A DNA stretch of 37,468 nucleotides, from positions 1 through 37,468 of IMG/VR virus record IMGVR_UViG_3300034279_000888. One strand, given 5' to 3'. Below the pieces are notes generated by a model, which saw only the letters and a list, made by a program, of their open reading frames with translations, had not been told where the DNA came from and ran no database searches. Origin of the DNA: a virus. Taxonomy: Duplodnaviria > Caudoviricetes. Below are positions 8,060-17,000 of the stretch, one piece after another. Numbering within the stretch: the stretch's first letter is position 1; the number at the start of each line of letters is the position of its first letter. The translations under genes were made by a program, and so were the position numbers.

Positions 8060-8307
8060 TTCTCCCCCCTCGCCCGCTTGGGCTTCTTGCGCTTCGGTTT
8101 CGCCTGCTCCTGCTCCACGACAATCGTGGACTGGGAGATGTAATCACCTAGCACCACCAAGGAATGCCTGAACCTTCCAAGAGCAGGACACGAGTCGTTG
8201 CTGTCGTGCCGGTCACCAATCTTGTGGTGCAAGTGCTCGCACCTAATCCACGAAAACATGACGGCGAGTTCCTCAAGCGCAGAGATCGCCTTTGTGCGCG
8301 TAGTCAC
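8056..8307 (-). CDS. Hypothetical protein ending KPKRARGEK (83 aa)
   Basis: GTGA coupling; SD AAGGAG. Confidence 0.65.
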   Translation of the reverse strand: MTTRTKAISALEELAVMFSWIRCEHLHHKIGDRHDSNDSCPALGRFRHSLVVLGDYISQSTIVVEQEQAKPKRKKPKRARGEK

Positions 8308-8558
8308 GGCGTCTCCTTCGCCGCGAGCGCGCGACCGAGGACGAAGAACGCCTTGCCAGCACTCTCAAAAGTTCCTCGGGTCGTCTCCAGCACATACTCC
8401 CTCGCCGCCGCCTCGATGGCGCGGAGCCGCCTGATCTCGGCGATCAGCGCGGGGGCGGAAAGGAACAGTTCGCTTTTGTACGCCTTGTGAAGCTCGATAA
8501 AGCCGCGATCGGCCTTTTCTCGCAACGCTTCCAGCTTGTCGATGTCGATGTCGGTCAT
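8304..8558 (-). CDS. Small modular protein, Ead/Ea22-like (84 aa)
   Basis: MTDIDIDKLEALREKA...APALIAEIRRLR pattern; ATG 8558. Confidence 0.65.
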   Translation of the reverse strand: MTDIDIDKLEALREKADRGFIELHKAYKSELFLSAPALIAEIRRLRAIEAAAREYVLETTRGTFESAGKAFFVLGRALAAKETP

Positions 8559-8560
8559 GG

Positions 8561-8814
8561 TCAGGTCCCCTTCGCCGCGAGCGCGGCGCGCAGGTCGCAG
8601 ATTCTTGCGTTGTTCCGCAGATCGTGCAGAAAGCCGGTGTCCCACAGTGCGCGGTCGATTTGCCGCATGGCGTCCCTCGCCGCCGCCTCGATGGCGCGCA
8701 GCCGCTGGTTCTCGGCACGCAGCCGATCCACTTCGTCGATCGACCGTTTCCACGAGGCGATCATGGCCGACACCATGGCGTCGGCTTGGTCCTCGCTCAG
8801 CTTGTCGATGTCGG

Positions 8815-8818
<4 letters not shown>
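8561..8818 (-). CDS. Small coiled-coil protein, partial paralogue of 8304..8558 (85 aa)
   Basis: MTDIDKL start and RLRAIEAAAR segment shared with its neighbour; GTG with SD AAGGAG. Confidence 0.65.
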
Positions 8819-9462
<644 letters not shown>

Positions 9463-9464
9463 GG

Positions 9465-9854
9465 TCAGGTCTCTCTGAACGGCAGGCAGTTGCTGCTTGG
9501 TGATTCCCCAAGCACTTGCAGCATGGATTCCTTCTTGGCGATCAACCAGTCGAGCGGATAGATCGCAATCATGTGCGAACCACTCCCGCTCGACTTGGCA
9601 AGAAGGCGCACAGGGGTCAGTTGGAACTGCGGGAACTCCTCGGCAAACCAGTCGCGAACGCGCGATCCGATGACCGTGCGCTTGCCATGGTCCAGCCTGT
9701 CCCAATCAATACCACACACTTCGGACACAGCGGCTCGCACCGGAAGCCACTTTGGCAACATGAGCGCAGCGATGCGCAAGCTGTCCGCGATCATGTTGTA
9801 AACCTCGACGGCTTTACGCATGCGGAGAGCTTCGTCTTGCTTGCTTTCGGTCAC
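9465..9854 (-). CDS. Hypothetical protein (129 aa), visibly lower GC
   Basis: GTGA coupling to the rep gene stop; SD GGAGG. Confidence 0.65.
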   Translation of the reverse strand: MTESKQDEALRMRKAVEVYNMIADSLRIAALMLPKWLPVRAAVSEVCGIDWDRLDHGKRTVIGSRVRDWFAEEFPQFQLTPVRLLAKSSGSGSHMIAIYPLDWLIAKKESMLQVLGESPSSNCLPFRET

Positions 9855-10702
9855 TTCAATGCCTCCTTCGCGCGACGGTACGCGCTGCAACCGGGGCACG
9901 AACACGAGGCATGGCCGAGCGGCATGTTCGGGACGTGCTGCGCCTGCTTGGCCGGCGACGCCTTGCCTCCGGCCTGCGCCCAGTCGGCCTTGAAGCTCTG
10001 CCAGCCGCGCTCGACGCAGGTGCGAAGCGCCTGCTCCAGCGACATGCCGGCGGCGGCGGCCTCGCGGCGGATGCCGTCGATCACGGTCTCGGTGACCGGC
10101 GCGCGGCGCTGCTTGCGCAAGGTCAGGTAGTCGGTCCACACCACATCAGGCACGTCCTCGGGACGTGCAGCCGCGCGCGAGCGCGTGCTCTTCTTCTTCT
10201 CTGCCTCTGCCTCTGCCTCTGCCTCTGCTTGCGCAACGGTAGACGTTGCAGCCGTAACGGATGGCGTGGCGGCACGCTGCTCCTTCAGGCGGTTGCGGTA
10301 GCGCTGCATGCGCTCTGCCGCAGTGTGGTCCCGGTCGCGGTACTTCATGAAGTTCAGAATCGCCCAGCCACCGTCGACGCGCGCGATCCTGCGGCCGTCG
10401 AACGACGCCGTGCGCGACTCAGCGTCGGGTCCGGCGAGCGCTCGCAGCGCCTCCATGCCTTCGTCCAGGCCGACGCCGGCCCGCCGAAGGACGCCAGAAG
10501 CGCTTGCAGCCACGAACCCGTACCACCCGGCCGGCACTACCCACCCCGCCGAGATCGTCGAATCCAGGGCCAGCACAGGCTCGTCCTGAGGCAGGTGGCG
10601 CGGCGTCGCCATCAGCAGCATCGCCAGGAAGACGCGCGTCGCGCCGGGGTCGCTCCACAGGCTGGAGTCGAGGATTCCGCAGTCGAGTTTCACGAACGGC
10701 AT
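9851..10702 (-). CDS. Phage replication initiator / replisome organizer-like protein (283 aa)
   Basis: N-term FVKLD.GILDSSLW..RVF.AML, W.ILNF.KYR..AERMQRYR, (AE)n linker, C-term W.DYL.LRK..RAPVT..RGWQSFKADW typical of phage initiators. Confidence 0.75.
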   Translation of the reverse strand: MPFVKLDCGILDSSLWSDPGATRVFLAMLLMATPRHLPQDEPVLALDSTISAGWVVPAGWYGFVAASASGVLRRAGVGLDEGMEALRALAGPDAESRTASFDGRRIARVDGGWAILNFMKYRDRDHTAAERMQRYRNRLKEQRAATPSVTAATSTVAQAEAEAEAEAEKKKSTRSRAAARPEDVPDVVWTDYLTLRKQRRAPVTETVIDGIRREAAAAGMSLEQALRTCVERGWQSFKADWAQAGGKASPAKQAQHVPNMPLGHASCSCPGCSAYRRAKEALK

Positions 10703-10738
10703 AACGCCCCCGTAGCGTCACGTCCGTTCGCCGTCAAC

Positions 10739-11104
10739 TCATTTCGGGCGGATCAGGATTCCGACGAACCCCTGTCGATCGGGGTCGAGGTCCATCTCCT
10801 GCGACGTGCTCACGAACAGCGAGTCGTCGATGCACAGCGCGTCGGCGATTCCGTCGTAGGCCGCCTTCATGCGGGCCTGCATGTTGTCGACGTCCTGCCG
10901 GCGGCGCGACGGCGCGTAGAAGGTCGTCGTGACGCGCATCGGGCGCGAGACCCAGGACGGCGGCGTGGGGTAGTGCTTTCGCACGATGCACGCGGCGAGG
11001 AAGCGGTACTGCCGGACGTGCTTCCATCTGGTCGACCAGTGGACGCGCGAGTTCGGCGACATGGTGCTCGACGGCCACGGCAGGCAGATTTCGATGATCT
11101 CCAT
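10739..11104 (-). CDS. RusA-like resolvase, copy 2 (121 aa)
   Basis: LPWP...SPN.RVHW, FYAPSRRRQDVDNM....KAAYDGIADALCIDDS. Confidence 0.85.
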   Translation of the reverse strand: MEIIEICLPWPSSTMSPNSRVHWSTRWKHVRQYRFLAACIVRKHYPTPPSWVSRPMRVTTTFYAPSRRRQDVDNMQARMKAAYDGIADALCIDDSLFVSTSQEMDLDPDRQGFVGILIRPK

Positions 11105-11183
11105 CGCCGGATCGTAGCACGGCGAAAAAAACTTTCGCCGCCTACTTGCACCGGTCGATGCCTGTCGCTACCTTCGCCACGGC
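11105..11183. promoter_or_regulatory. Divergent promoter region 2 with palindromic operator candidate
   Basis: Plus: TTGCAC(11146-11151)-N17-TACCTT-N9-ATG. Minus: TGc-TACGAT(11111-11116)-N6-ATG. Palindrome CGGCGAAA-N5-TTTCGCCG at 11120-11140. Confidence 0.65.
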
Positions 11184-11483
11184 ATGAACACCCAAGACAA
11201 CGTTCCGTCCCTCTTCGCAACGATCGCCAACCTGTACTTCACGCTCAACGCGCCGGCACTGGTCGAACCGCCGGCCTCGGCCGAGTCCCCGTGGGAGCGG
11301 GGGTACCAGTTCGGCAATCGCGGTGCGCGCCTGCGCGCCGCGCAGTCCGCTCTGTTGGACCTCCTGGTCACACTGGACCCCAACTGGAAGGCCACCTGGG
11401 ACGAGGCCAGGGAGCAGTGCGCAGCAGCCGCTGCGCGCGCAGCGCGCGCGGCCGACGTTGCCGCCGAGGAGGTGACCAAGTGA
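11184..11483 (+). CDS. Hypothetical protein (99 aa)
   Basis: First gene of the rightward operon; GTGA coupling to yqaJ copy 2. Confidence 0.7.
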   Translation: MNTQDNVPSLFATIANLYFTLNAPALVEPPASAESPWERGYQFGNRGARLRAAQSALLDLLVTLDPNWKATWDEAREQCAAAAARAARAADVAAEEVTK

Positions 11484-12433
11484 CGTTCCGCCAAGTCGTA
11501 CCCGTACAAGCCGGCAGCGCCGAATGGCGCAGCATCAGGGCCGGCGACGTTACCTCGACGGAAGTGGCGGCGCTGTACGACGCCTCGCCGTACCTCACAC
11601 CGTTCGAGTTGTGGCACAGAAAGTCCCGGCGCGAGGCCGGCGAGTTCCAAGCGTCGACCCGCATGAAGTGGGGCACGCGGCTGGAGCCGGTCATCGCCCA
11701 CGCCGCCGCTGAGGAGCACGGCTGGTCCGACGTCGAGCCGTACAAGAACTACATCCGGCTGCCAGTCCACCGAGCGGGGTCGTCGTTCGACTTCGTCGCG
11801 CGTGTCGACGGACACGACAGCCTGATCGAATGCAAGAACGTCGGCCTCGACCGAGTGCGCCACGGCTGGGTCTTCGACGGTGACGAACTGCGTGAGGCAC
11901 CTCTGCACATCGAGTTGCAGGTGCAGCACCAGCTGGTAGTCTCTGGCATCCAGACCGCGCACATCGCGGTGCTCGTCGGCGGCAACAGCCTGCACGTTCT
12001 GCGGCGTGAACGCGACGCCGGCATCGCGGCCGACATCCTGCGCCGCGTCGACGAGTTCTGGGTATCGGTCGACGCCGGCAAGTCGCCGGCAGCCACGACC
12101 GAGGACGCCGACTTCGTCATCCGCTCGTTGCGCGCGCAAGCCGGCGACCACAGCGTGACGTGCGACGCTCTGGAAGTGGTCGAAGACCTGCGCGAGTACT
12201 CGGTGCTCGGCGAGCAACTCAAGACCCTGGAGGCGCAGCGCGACGCCGCCAAGGCTCGCGTGCTGCTCGCGGTCGGCGACGCCGGCAGCGTCGTCACACC
12301 CATCGGCAAAGTGTCCTGCGGCATGACCAAGGACAACCCCGGCAAACTCGTCACCGCCGACATGGTCGGCACCTACGTCGGCGCGCGCGCCGGCTTCCGC
12401 CAGTTCCGCTTCACCCCCAACAAGGCCAAGTGA
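11480..12433 (+). CDS. YqaJ-like viral recombinase/exonuclease, copy 2 (317 aa)
   Basis: GTG 11480 with SD GAGGAGG; QAGSAEW..IR..DVTSTEVAAL, MKWGTRLE, GSSFD...IECK, QVQHQL. Confidence 0.93.
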   Translation: MTFRQVVPVQAGSAEWRSIRAGDVTSTEVAALYDASPYLTPFELWHRKSRREAGEFQASTRMKWGTRLEPVIAHAAAEEHGWSDVEPYKNYIRLPVHRAGSSFDFVARVDGHDSLIECKNVGLDRVRHGWVFDGDELREAPLHIELQVQHQLVVSGIQTAHIAVLVGGNSLHVLRRERDAGIAADILRRVDEFWVSVDAGKSPAATTEDADFVIRSLRAQAGDHSVTCDALEVVEDLREYSVLGEQLKTLEAQRDAAKARVLLAVGDAGSVVTPIGKVSCGMTKDNPGKLVTADMVGTYVGARAGFRQFRFTPNKAK

Positions 12434-12438
12434 TTCCC

Positions 12439-13251
12439 ATGACCGACACCACGCAAGCCCTCGCTCCGATCGAGCAGGCACGCCTGACGCTGCAACGCAT
12501 GCAGCCTGAGTTCGCTGCGGCGCTTCCGCCGCAGATCCCCGTCGAGCGGTTCATCCGCACGACCATGACCGCGATCAGCATGCAGCCCGATCTGCTGCAA
12601 GCCGACCGCCGCAGCCTGCTGGCCTCGACGATGAAGGCAGCGCAAGACGGCTTGCTTCCAGACGGCCGCGAGGCCGCCCTGGTCATCTTCAGGGGCAAGG
12701 CCGGGCCGGCTGTTCAGTACATGCCCATGATCGGGGGCATCCTGAAGAAGCTGCGCAACAGCGGAGAACTCGCTTCCATCGCAGCGCACGTCGTCTACGA
12801 GCAGGACCGCTTCGTCTACACGCTCGGCGACAACGAGTCGATCCTGCACGAGCCGCTGCTCGACGGCGACCGTGGCAAGCCGAAGGCGGTCTACGCCATC
12901 GCACGCCTGCGTGACGGCAGCGTGCTGCGAGAGGTGATGACGATCACCGACGTCGAGAAGGTTCGGTCCGTGTCGCGAGCGCGCGACAGCGGGCCGTGGG
13001 TCCAGTGGTGGGACGAGATGGCTCGCAAGACCGTCCTGCGGCGGCTGGCGAAGCGCCTGCCGTCGAGCAGCGACGACGTGAACCGCGTGCTCGACAACGA
13101 CGACGAGACGTTCGACTTCTCGCAGAAGCCGGCCCAGCCGGCCCCGGCGTCGCCGTTGGCGGCTCTTCGGGCCAGCATCGCCGTGGAGCAGCCCGCCGAG
13201 CCGATCGCCGAACAGGCAGCCGCTCAGGAAGGCGAGGAGGCGCAGCCGTGA
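12439..13251 (+). CDS. recT: RecT-family single-strand annealing protein, copy 2 (270 aa)
   Basis: AAQDGLLPDGREAA, YMPMIGGILKKLRNSG, GPWVQWWDEMARKTVLRRLAKRLPSS. Confidence 0.95.
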   Translation: MTDTTQALAPIEQARLTLQRMQPEFAAALPPQIPVERFIRTTMTAISMQPDLLQADRRSLLASTMKAAQDGLLPDGREAALVIFRGKAGPAVQYMPMIGGILKKLRNSGELASIAAHVVYEQDRFVYTLGDNESILHEPLLDGDRGKPKAVYAIARLRDGSVLREVMTITDVEKVRSVSRARDSGPWVQWWDEMARKTVLRRLAKRLPSSSDDVNRVLDNDDETFDFSQKPAQPAPASPLAALRASIAVEQPAEPIAEQAAAQEGEEAQP

Positions 13252-13469
13252 CCGTCAACCTCGACAACCTCCTGACCCCCGACGACCTCGCCAAGCGCTG
13301 GGGCTTGAAGCCCTACACGATCAAGGCGATGCGGCGGCGGGGTGAAGGGCCGCCGGCCGTCCGGTTCTCCGAGCGGCTCATCCGCTACCGCGAGGCCGAC
13401 GTCATCGCCTACGAGCGCGACGTGCTCAAGAAGGCGATGATGGAGAAGCGGGAGCGGGCTTCGCAGTAG
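13248..13469 (+). CDS. Excisionase/AlpA-like HTH protein (73 aa)
   Basis: LLTPDDLAKRWGL...TI..MRRRGEGP..VRFS.RLIRYRE.DV..Y; GTG with SD GAGGAGG. Confidence 0.88.
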   Translation: MTVNLDNLLTPDDLAKRWGLKPYTIKAMRRRGEGPPAVRFSERLIRYREADVIAYERDVLKKAMMEKRERASQ

Positions 13470-13728
13470 GAGGCCCCAGCACGCGGCGCATCCCCGCCGC
13501 GATGGCTGGCTTGCCGGCGGCAACCAACCTTGCCGCCGGCAGCAGCCCCATCGCCACCAGCGCGACCACGACGGCGTCGACGAGGTCGAACGATGGGTCG
13601 CCGGGAGGGACGGCTTCGCCGCCACCACCGACCGGCGACGGGGCCGGCGCGACGGACGCAGCCCACTCTCGCAGCGACTCGCAGGACGCGAGGCACGCCA
13701 ACACCAGCAGAAGAAGGAATCGGTTCAT
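13426..13728 (-). CDS. Lipoprotein with second hydrophobic helix (spanin candidate), 100 aa
   Basis: MNRFLLLLVLACLAS-C lipobox; LVDAVVVALVAMGLL hydrophobic segment; coupled to the holin-like gene. Confidence 0.6.
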   Translation of the reverse strand: MNRFLLLLVLACLASCESLREWAASVAPAPSPVGGGGEAVPPGDPSFDLVDAVVVALVAMGLLPAARLVAAGKPAIAAGMRRVLGPPTAKPAPASPSSPS

Positions 13729-14048
13729 CGTGCTCGGTGGTCGTGAATCGTGGTCACGATCTCTTGAAGGGCTTGCATCTGCGACTTCGCCGTTTCGGCG
13801 AACAACTTCGTCGACGACTCAACGGACTCGGCGAACGTCGTCGTCATCCGCTGAACGTGCTCGTGCTGCTCCTTGCGCGCTTCGCCCATGTGCCGCAGGA
13901 ACACGACGACCACGACGATCACGATGCCGGCCGCTCCACTGCTCGCGACGTCTTTCCAGCTGACGTCGGCCCCAGAAACCTGGGCGAGGCCGCCGGCTCC
14001 TACGAGTCCGAGCGCAACAGTCGCGGCGAGAAGCTGACCAGCGGTCAT
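13725..14048 (-). CDS. Holin-like membrane protein (107 aa; alternative start 14072)
   Basis: Two hydrophobic segments (LLAATVALGLVGAGGL; GAAGIVIVVVVVFL) plus a coiled-coil tail; located at the end of the virion operon. Confidence 0.55.
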   Translation of the reverse strand: MTAGQLLAATVALGLVGAGGLAQVSGADVSWKDVASSGAAGIVIVVVVVFLRHMGEARKEQHEHVQRMTTTFAESVESSTKLFAETAKSQMQALQEIVTTIHDHRAR

Positions 14049-14084
14049 GGAACCTGTGTACCAACTGTCCATAGGTCACGGGCA

Positions 14085-17000
14085 CTAGCGGTTGGTGATG
14101 CCGGCACGAGCCTGACCGCTGATCAGGCCGCGCGCCCAGTCGAGAGCCGTCTCTGGCTCGACGCTTCCAGCAGAGACGCGCGCCGCGAAGCCGAGCGGGC
14201 GGCCAGCCGCTTCAAACGGGAGGCCGCCGCTGATCATCGTCAGCAAGGTCATGAAGTCGCGCGGCATGGTCGGGGAAACTTTGCCGCCTCCGAGCGTGAC
14301 GGCGAGGACGTCGTCCAGGCTGCCGATCGCGCGCATCAGGCTCTCGATCGCCGGGCCGGCGGACATGCGGTCGTTGTATTTCACGTCGTCCCAACCGTTG
14401 ACCGTCGCCGACGCCAGCTGCTGGCCAAACGGGATCGCGCCTGCGGCGAAGCGCACTTGGCTGCCGACCACCATGTCGAACCACGCAGTGACCATGCGCC
14501 CGTCGTCGTCCTCCTCCTCGAATCCCCTGCCGAGCAAGCGCACCAGCGCTTCGCCGACGACCGCCGGAAGGGCGAGGCCAACGAGGTACGCCCAGAGCAG
14601 GTGCGGGACCGCCCTCGGCACGTTCCAGTTCACGCTGCGCAGCGCGGCCTCCCAGGCCGTGGCGTTGGCCTGCGCGACGCTGTTGAAGTAGCTCATGAAC
14701 TGCGTGAGCAACCGCTCGAAAGGCGTGCCAGCTTCGCCGGCAGACACGTCGATCGCACGCAGGACCAGCTGCGAGGTGCGGACTACGGAGTCGGCATACG
14801 AGACCGCATGGGCGCGGACCTCGTCCTCCGTCCACGAAGCGTCTGCGGTTGCCAGCTGCTCGTCGAACGCGGCGTTCCACACGATCGTGTCGACCATGTT
14901 CTGCGTGAACCCCTGCAAGAACAAGCCGTGCTGCCCGAACCACTGGCGCGCGCGCCCATACGCAGTCGGCTGCTCGACGTAGGTCCGCATCTCGTTGATG
15001 AGGGTCGACATCTGGTTGCCCAGGTGCTGCCGCATGAACTCGCTCCGCTGGCAGTTCTGCGCCATGGTGCCCCAGCCGCCAGAGACGAAGCTCCAGATAG
15101 CGTGCGCCCAGTGCCGCATCGGGATCCGAAGCAGCGCGATCGGCAGGCCGGAGATGTTCTGCAATGCGTTCGGCACGTTCAGGAACATCTTGCCCAACGT
15201 CGTGTTGCGGCGCAGACCGCTAAACAACCAGTTGAACGCTTTGCTGTTGTGCGGCTGCGAGGTCGTGTTGTTGAGCGCACGCGAAAGGAACGGACGCAGC
15301 ACCTCCTGGTACAGCGTCGGGTCCATCAGGTGCATCTCCTGCATGACCGTGTAGTCCGTCAGCAGTCGATTGACGTCGTTGACGACAGGCGCTACCTCGG
15401 TGTAGCGCACCACCTGATCGATGTGCGACTCGATCATGCGCAGGTCGAACGACAACGGCTCGTGGACCGACTCGTTGCGCTCGCGCGTGAAACCGTCATC
15501 GGCCATGGGAAGCTGCTGCCGCATGTCGGCCTGCAACTCGGCGATCGACTCGACTCGCGCACCGATCGGCGACTTCGTGCTGTCGATCTTGGCCGGGACG
15601 TAACCACCCGAGAACGTGCCGTAACGGTTGACGATCGGCGTGCGGCCAACCGTCCGCATGATCGATCCCGTGATGCGCTTGTGCGCCCCCTGGATGCTCG
15701 GCAGCAGGCTCTCGTTCAGATCCCAGACAGCCTGCAAGAACTTCCAGTGCGTTGCCTGCAAGCGGCCACTCTCGTTGAGCGCCTCGACGAAGGCGTCCCA
15801 TTCCTGGCTGTTCAGCACCATCTCATTCGTCGCAGCGTCTCGCTCCAGGAAGCCGAACGCCTTGCCGTAGCCAGTGCCGCCGAGCAGCAGCTTGCGCTTG
15901 TTGCTCTGGTTGCCGATGTGCAGGAGCGCACCCAGCAGTTCGCGCATGTCGGCGAAGGTGTAGATCAGCCGGCCGTCGCGCGACCGGAACTCGATCCGAC
16001 GCTGCGCCGCCGGCACGTCGGCGTCGAGCGGAGCAGACCTGAGAATCGTCGCATACGTCGACAGCACAGACTGCCGGCGTGCTTCGTACCGGACGAAGGC
16101 GTCGTTGATCGGCGTCCAGATCAGCTTCGTCCAGATGCCAGGGGTGCCGCCGTCGAATCGCAGCATGGTGTGCTCGACTCGCTTCCACTTCGCCACGAAG
16201 CTGCCGAACCAGGAGAGCTTCTCCTCCGTGTCGGTGCGCTTGCGGTCGCGGCCAGGGACCGGGCCACGAATCCCTCGGTCGGAGATTGCCTGCAACAGCA
16301 GGTCGCGCGCGTCGCGGAACGACTGCCGACGCTGGTCGAACACCACCTCGCCGCGCTCGACGGCCGCGTCATGCAGCGCCTCGATGACGTCGCGGAGCGT
16401 CCTCCACTGCTCGACGGTCATGCGACGCCATGGCGGCTGGTCGTTGCCGCGCCCGGTGATCGTCTGGCGCGGCAGGCTCGCGATCAGCTGCCGCAGTCCG
16501 GTGACCGTCGGCTCGATCTGCGCCCACAGAGCAGCATCCAGCTGCTGCACCGTCGACCATATCTGCTCCGCACGCTCTGGCGTGAACGATGCCGGCGCGT
16601 AGCCAGCCTCAGTCAGCAACGCCTGCGCAGCGTGGACGTACAGCATCTCCAGCTTCCGAGCGCGCGTCTGCCCGATGTTGAACAGGCGAGACACGAACGT
16701 GCGGAACTGCTCGGCCTCGCGCCTGATCGTCAGCGCTTCCGCCGTCATCTGCTGGTAGAGCAGCTGCCTCAGCTTGGCCTGCGATGCGGCACGGTATCGG
16801 ACGTCGCGACCGCCCTGCGGCATGCTCGTGATGTCCTTGCGCAGCGCCTGCTGCGCTTCGGTCGCCGACCGCCGCTCCTGAGCCAAGAAGTCGCGCGGGT
16901 TGATCTCGCCGATGACGCGCGTGCTCAGGTTCTTGCGAGCCTGACCGGCTGCGGCCTGGGCCAGCATCAACTGCGGGACGGTGCTCTCCGCAGCGCCGGC

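Noticed and set aside
10200-10229. (TCTGCC)n repeat as origin iterons
   Set aside because: Explained by the coding (AE)n linker typical of these initiators; no independent evidence
9911-11479. Long N-terminal extension of YqaJ copy 2 (840-aa ORF)
   Set aside because: Overlaps rep and RusA on the opposite strand; the real start is GTG 11480 with a strong SD
13248-13469. Integration/excision module implying a temperate lifestyle
   Set aside because: Only an Xis-like HTH is present; no integrase or att site is recognisable
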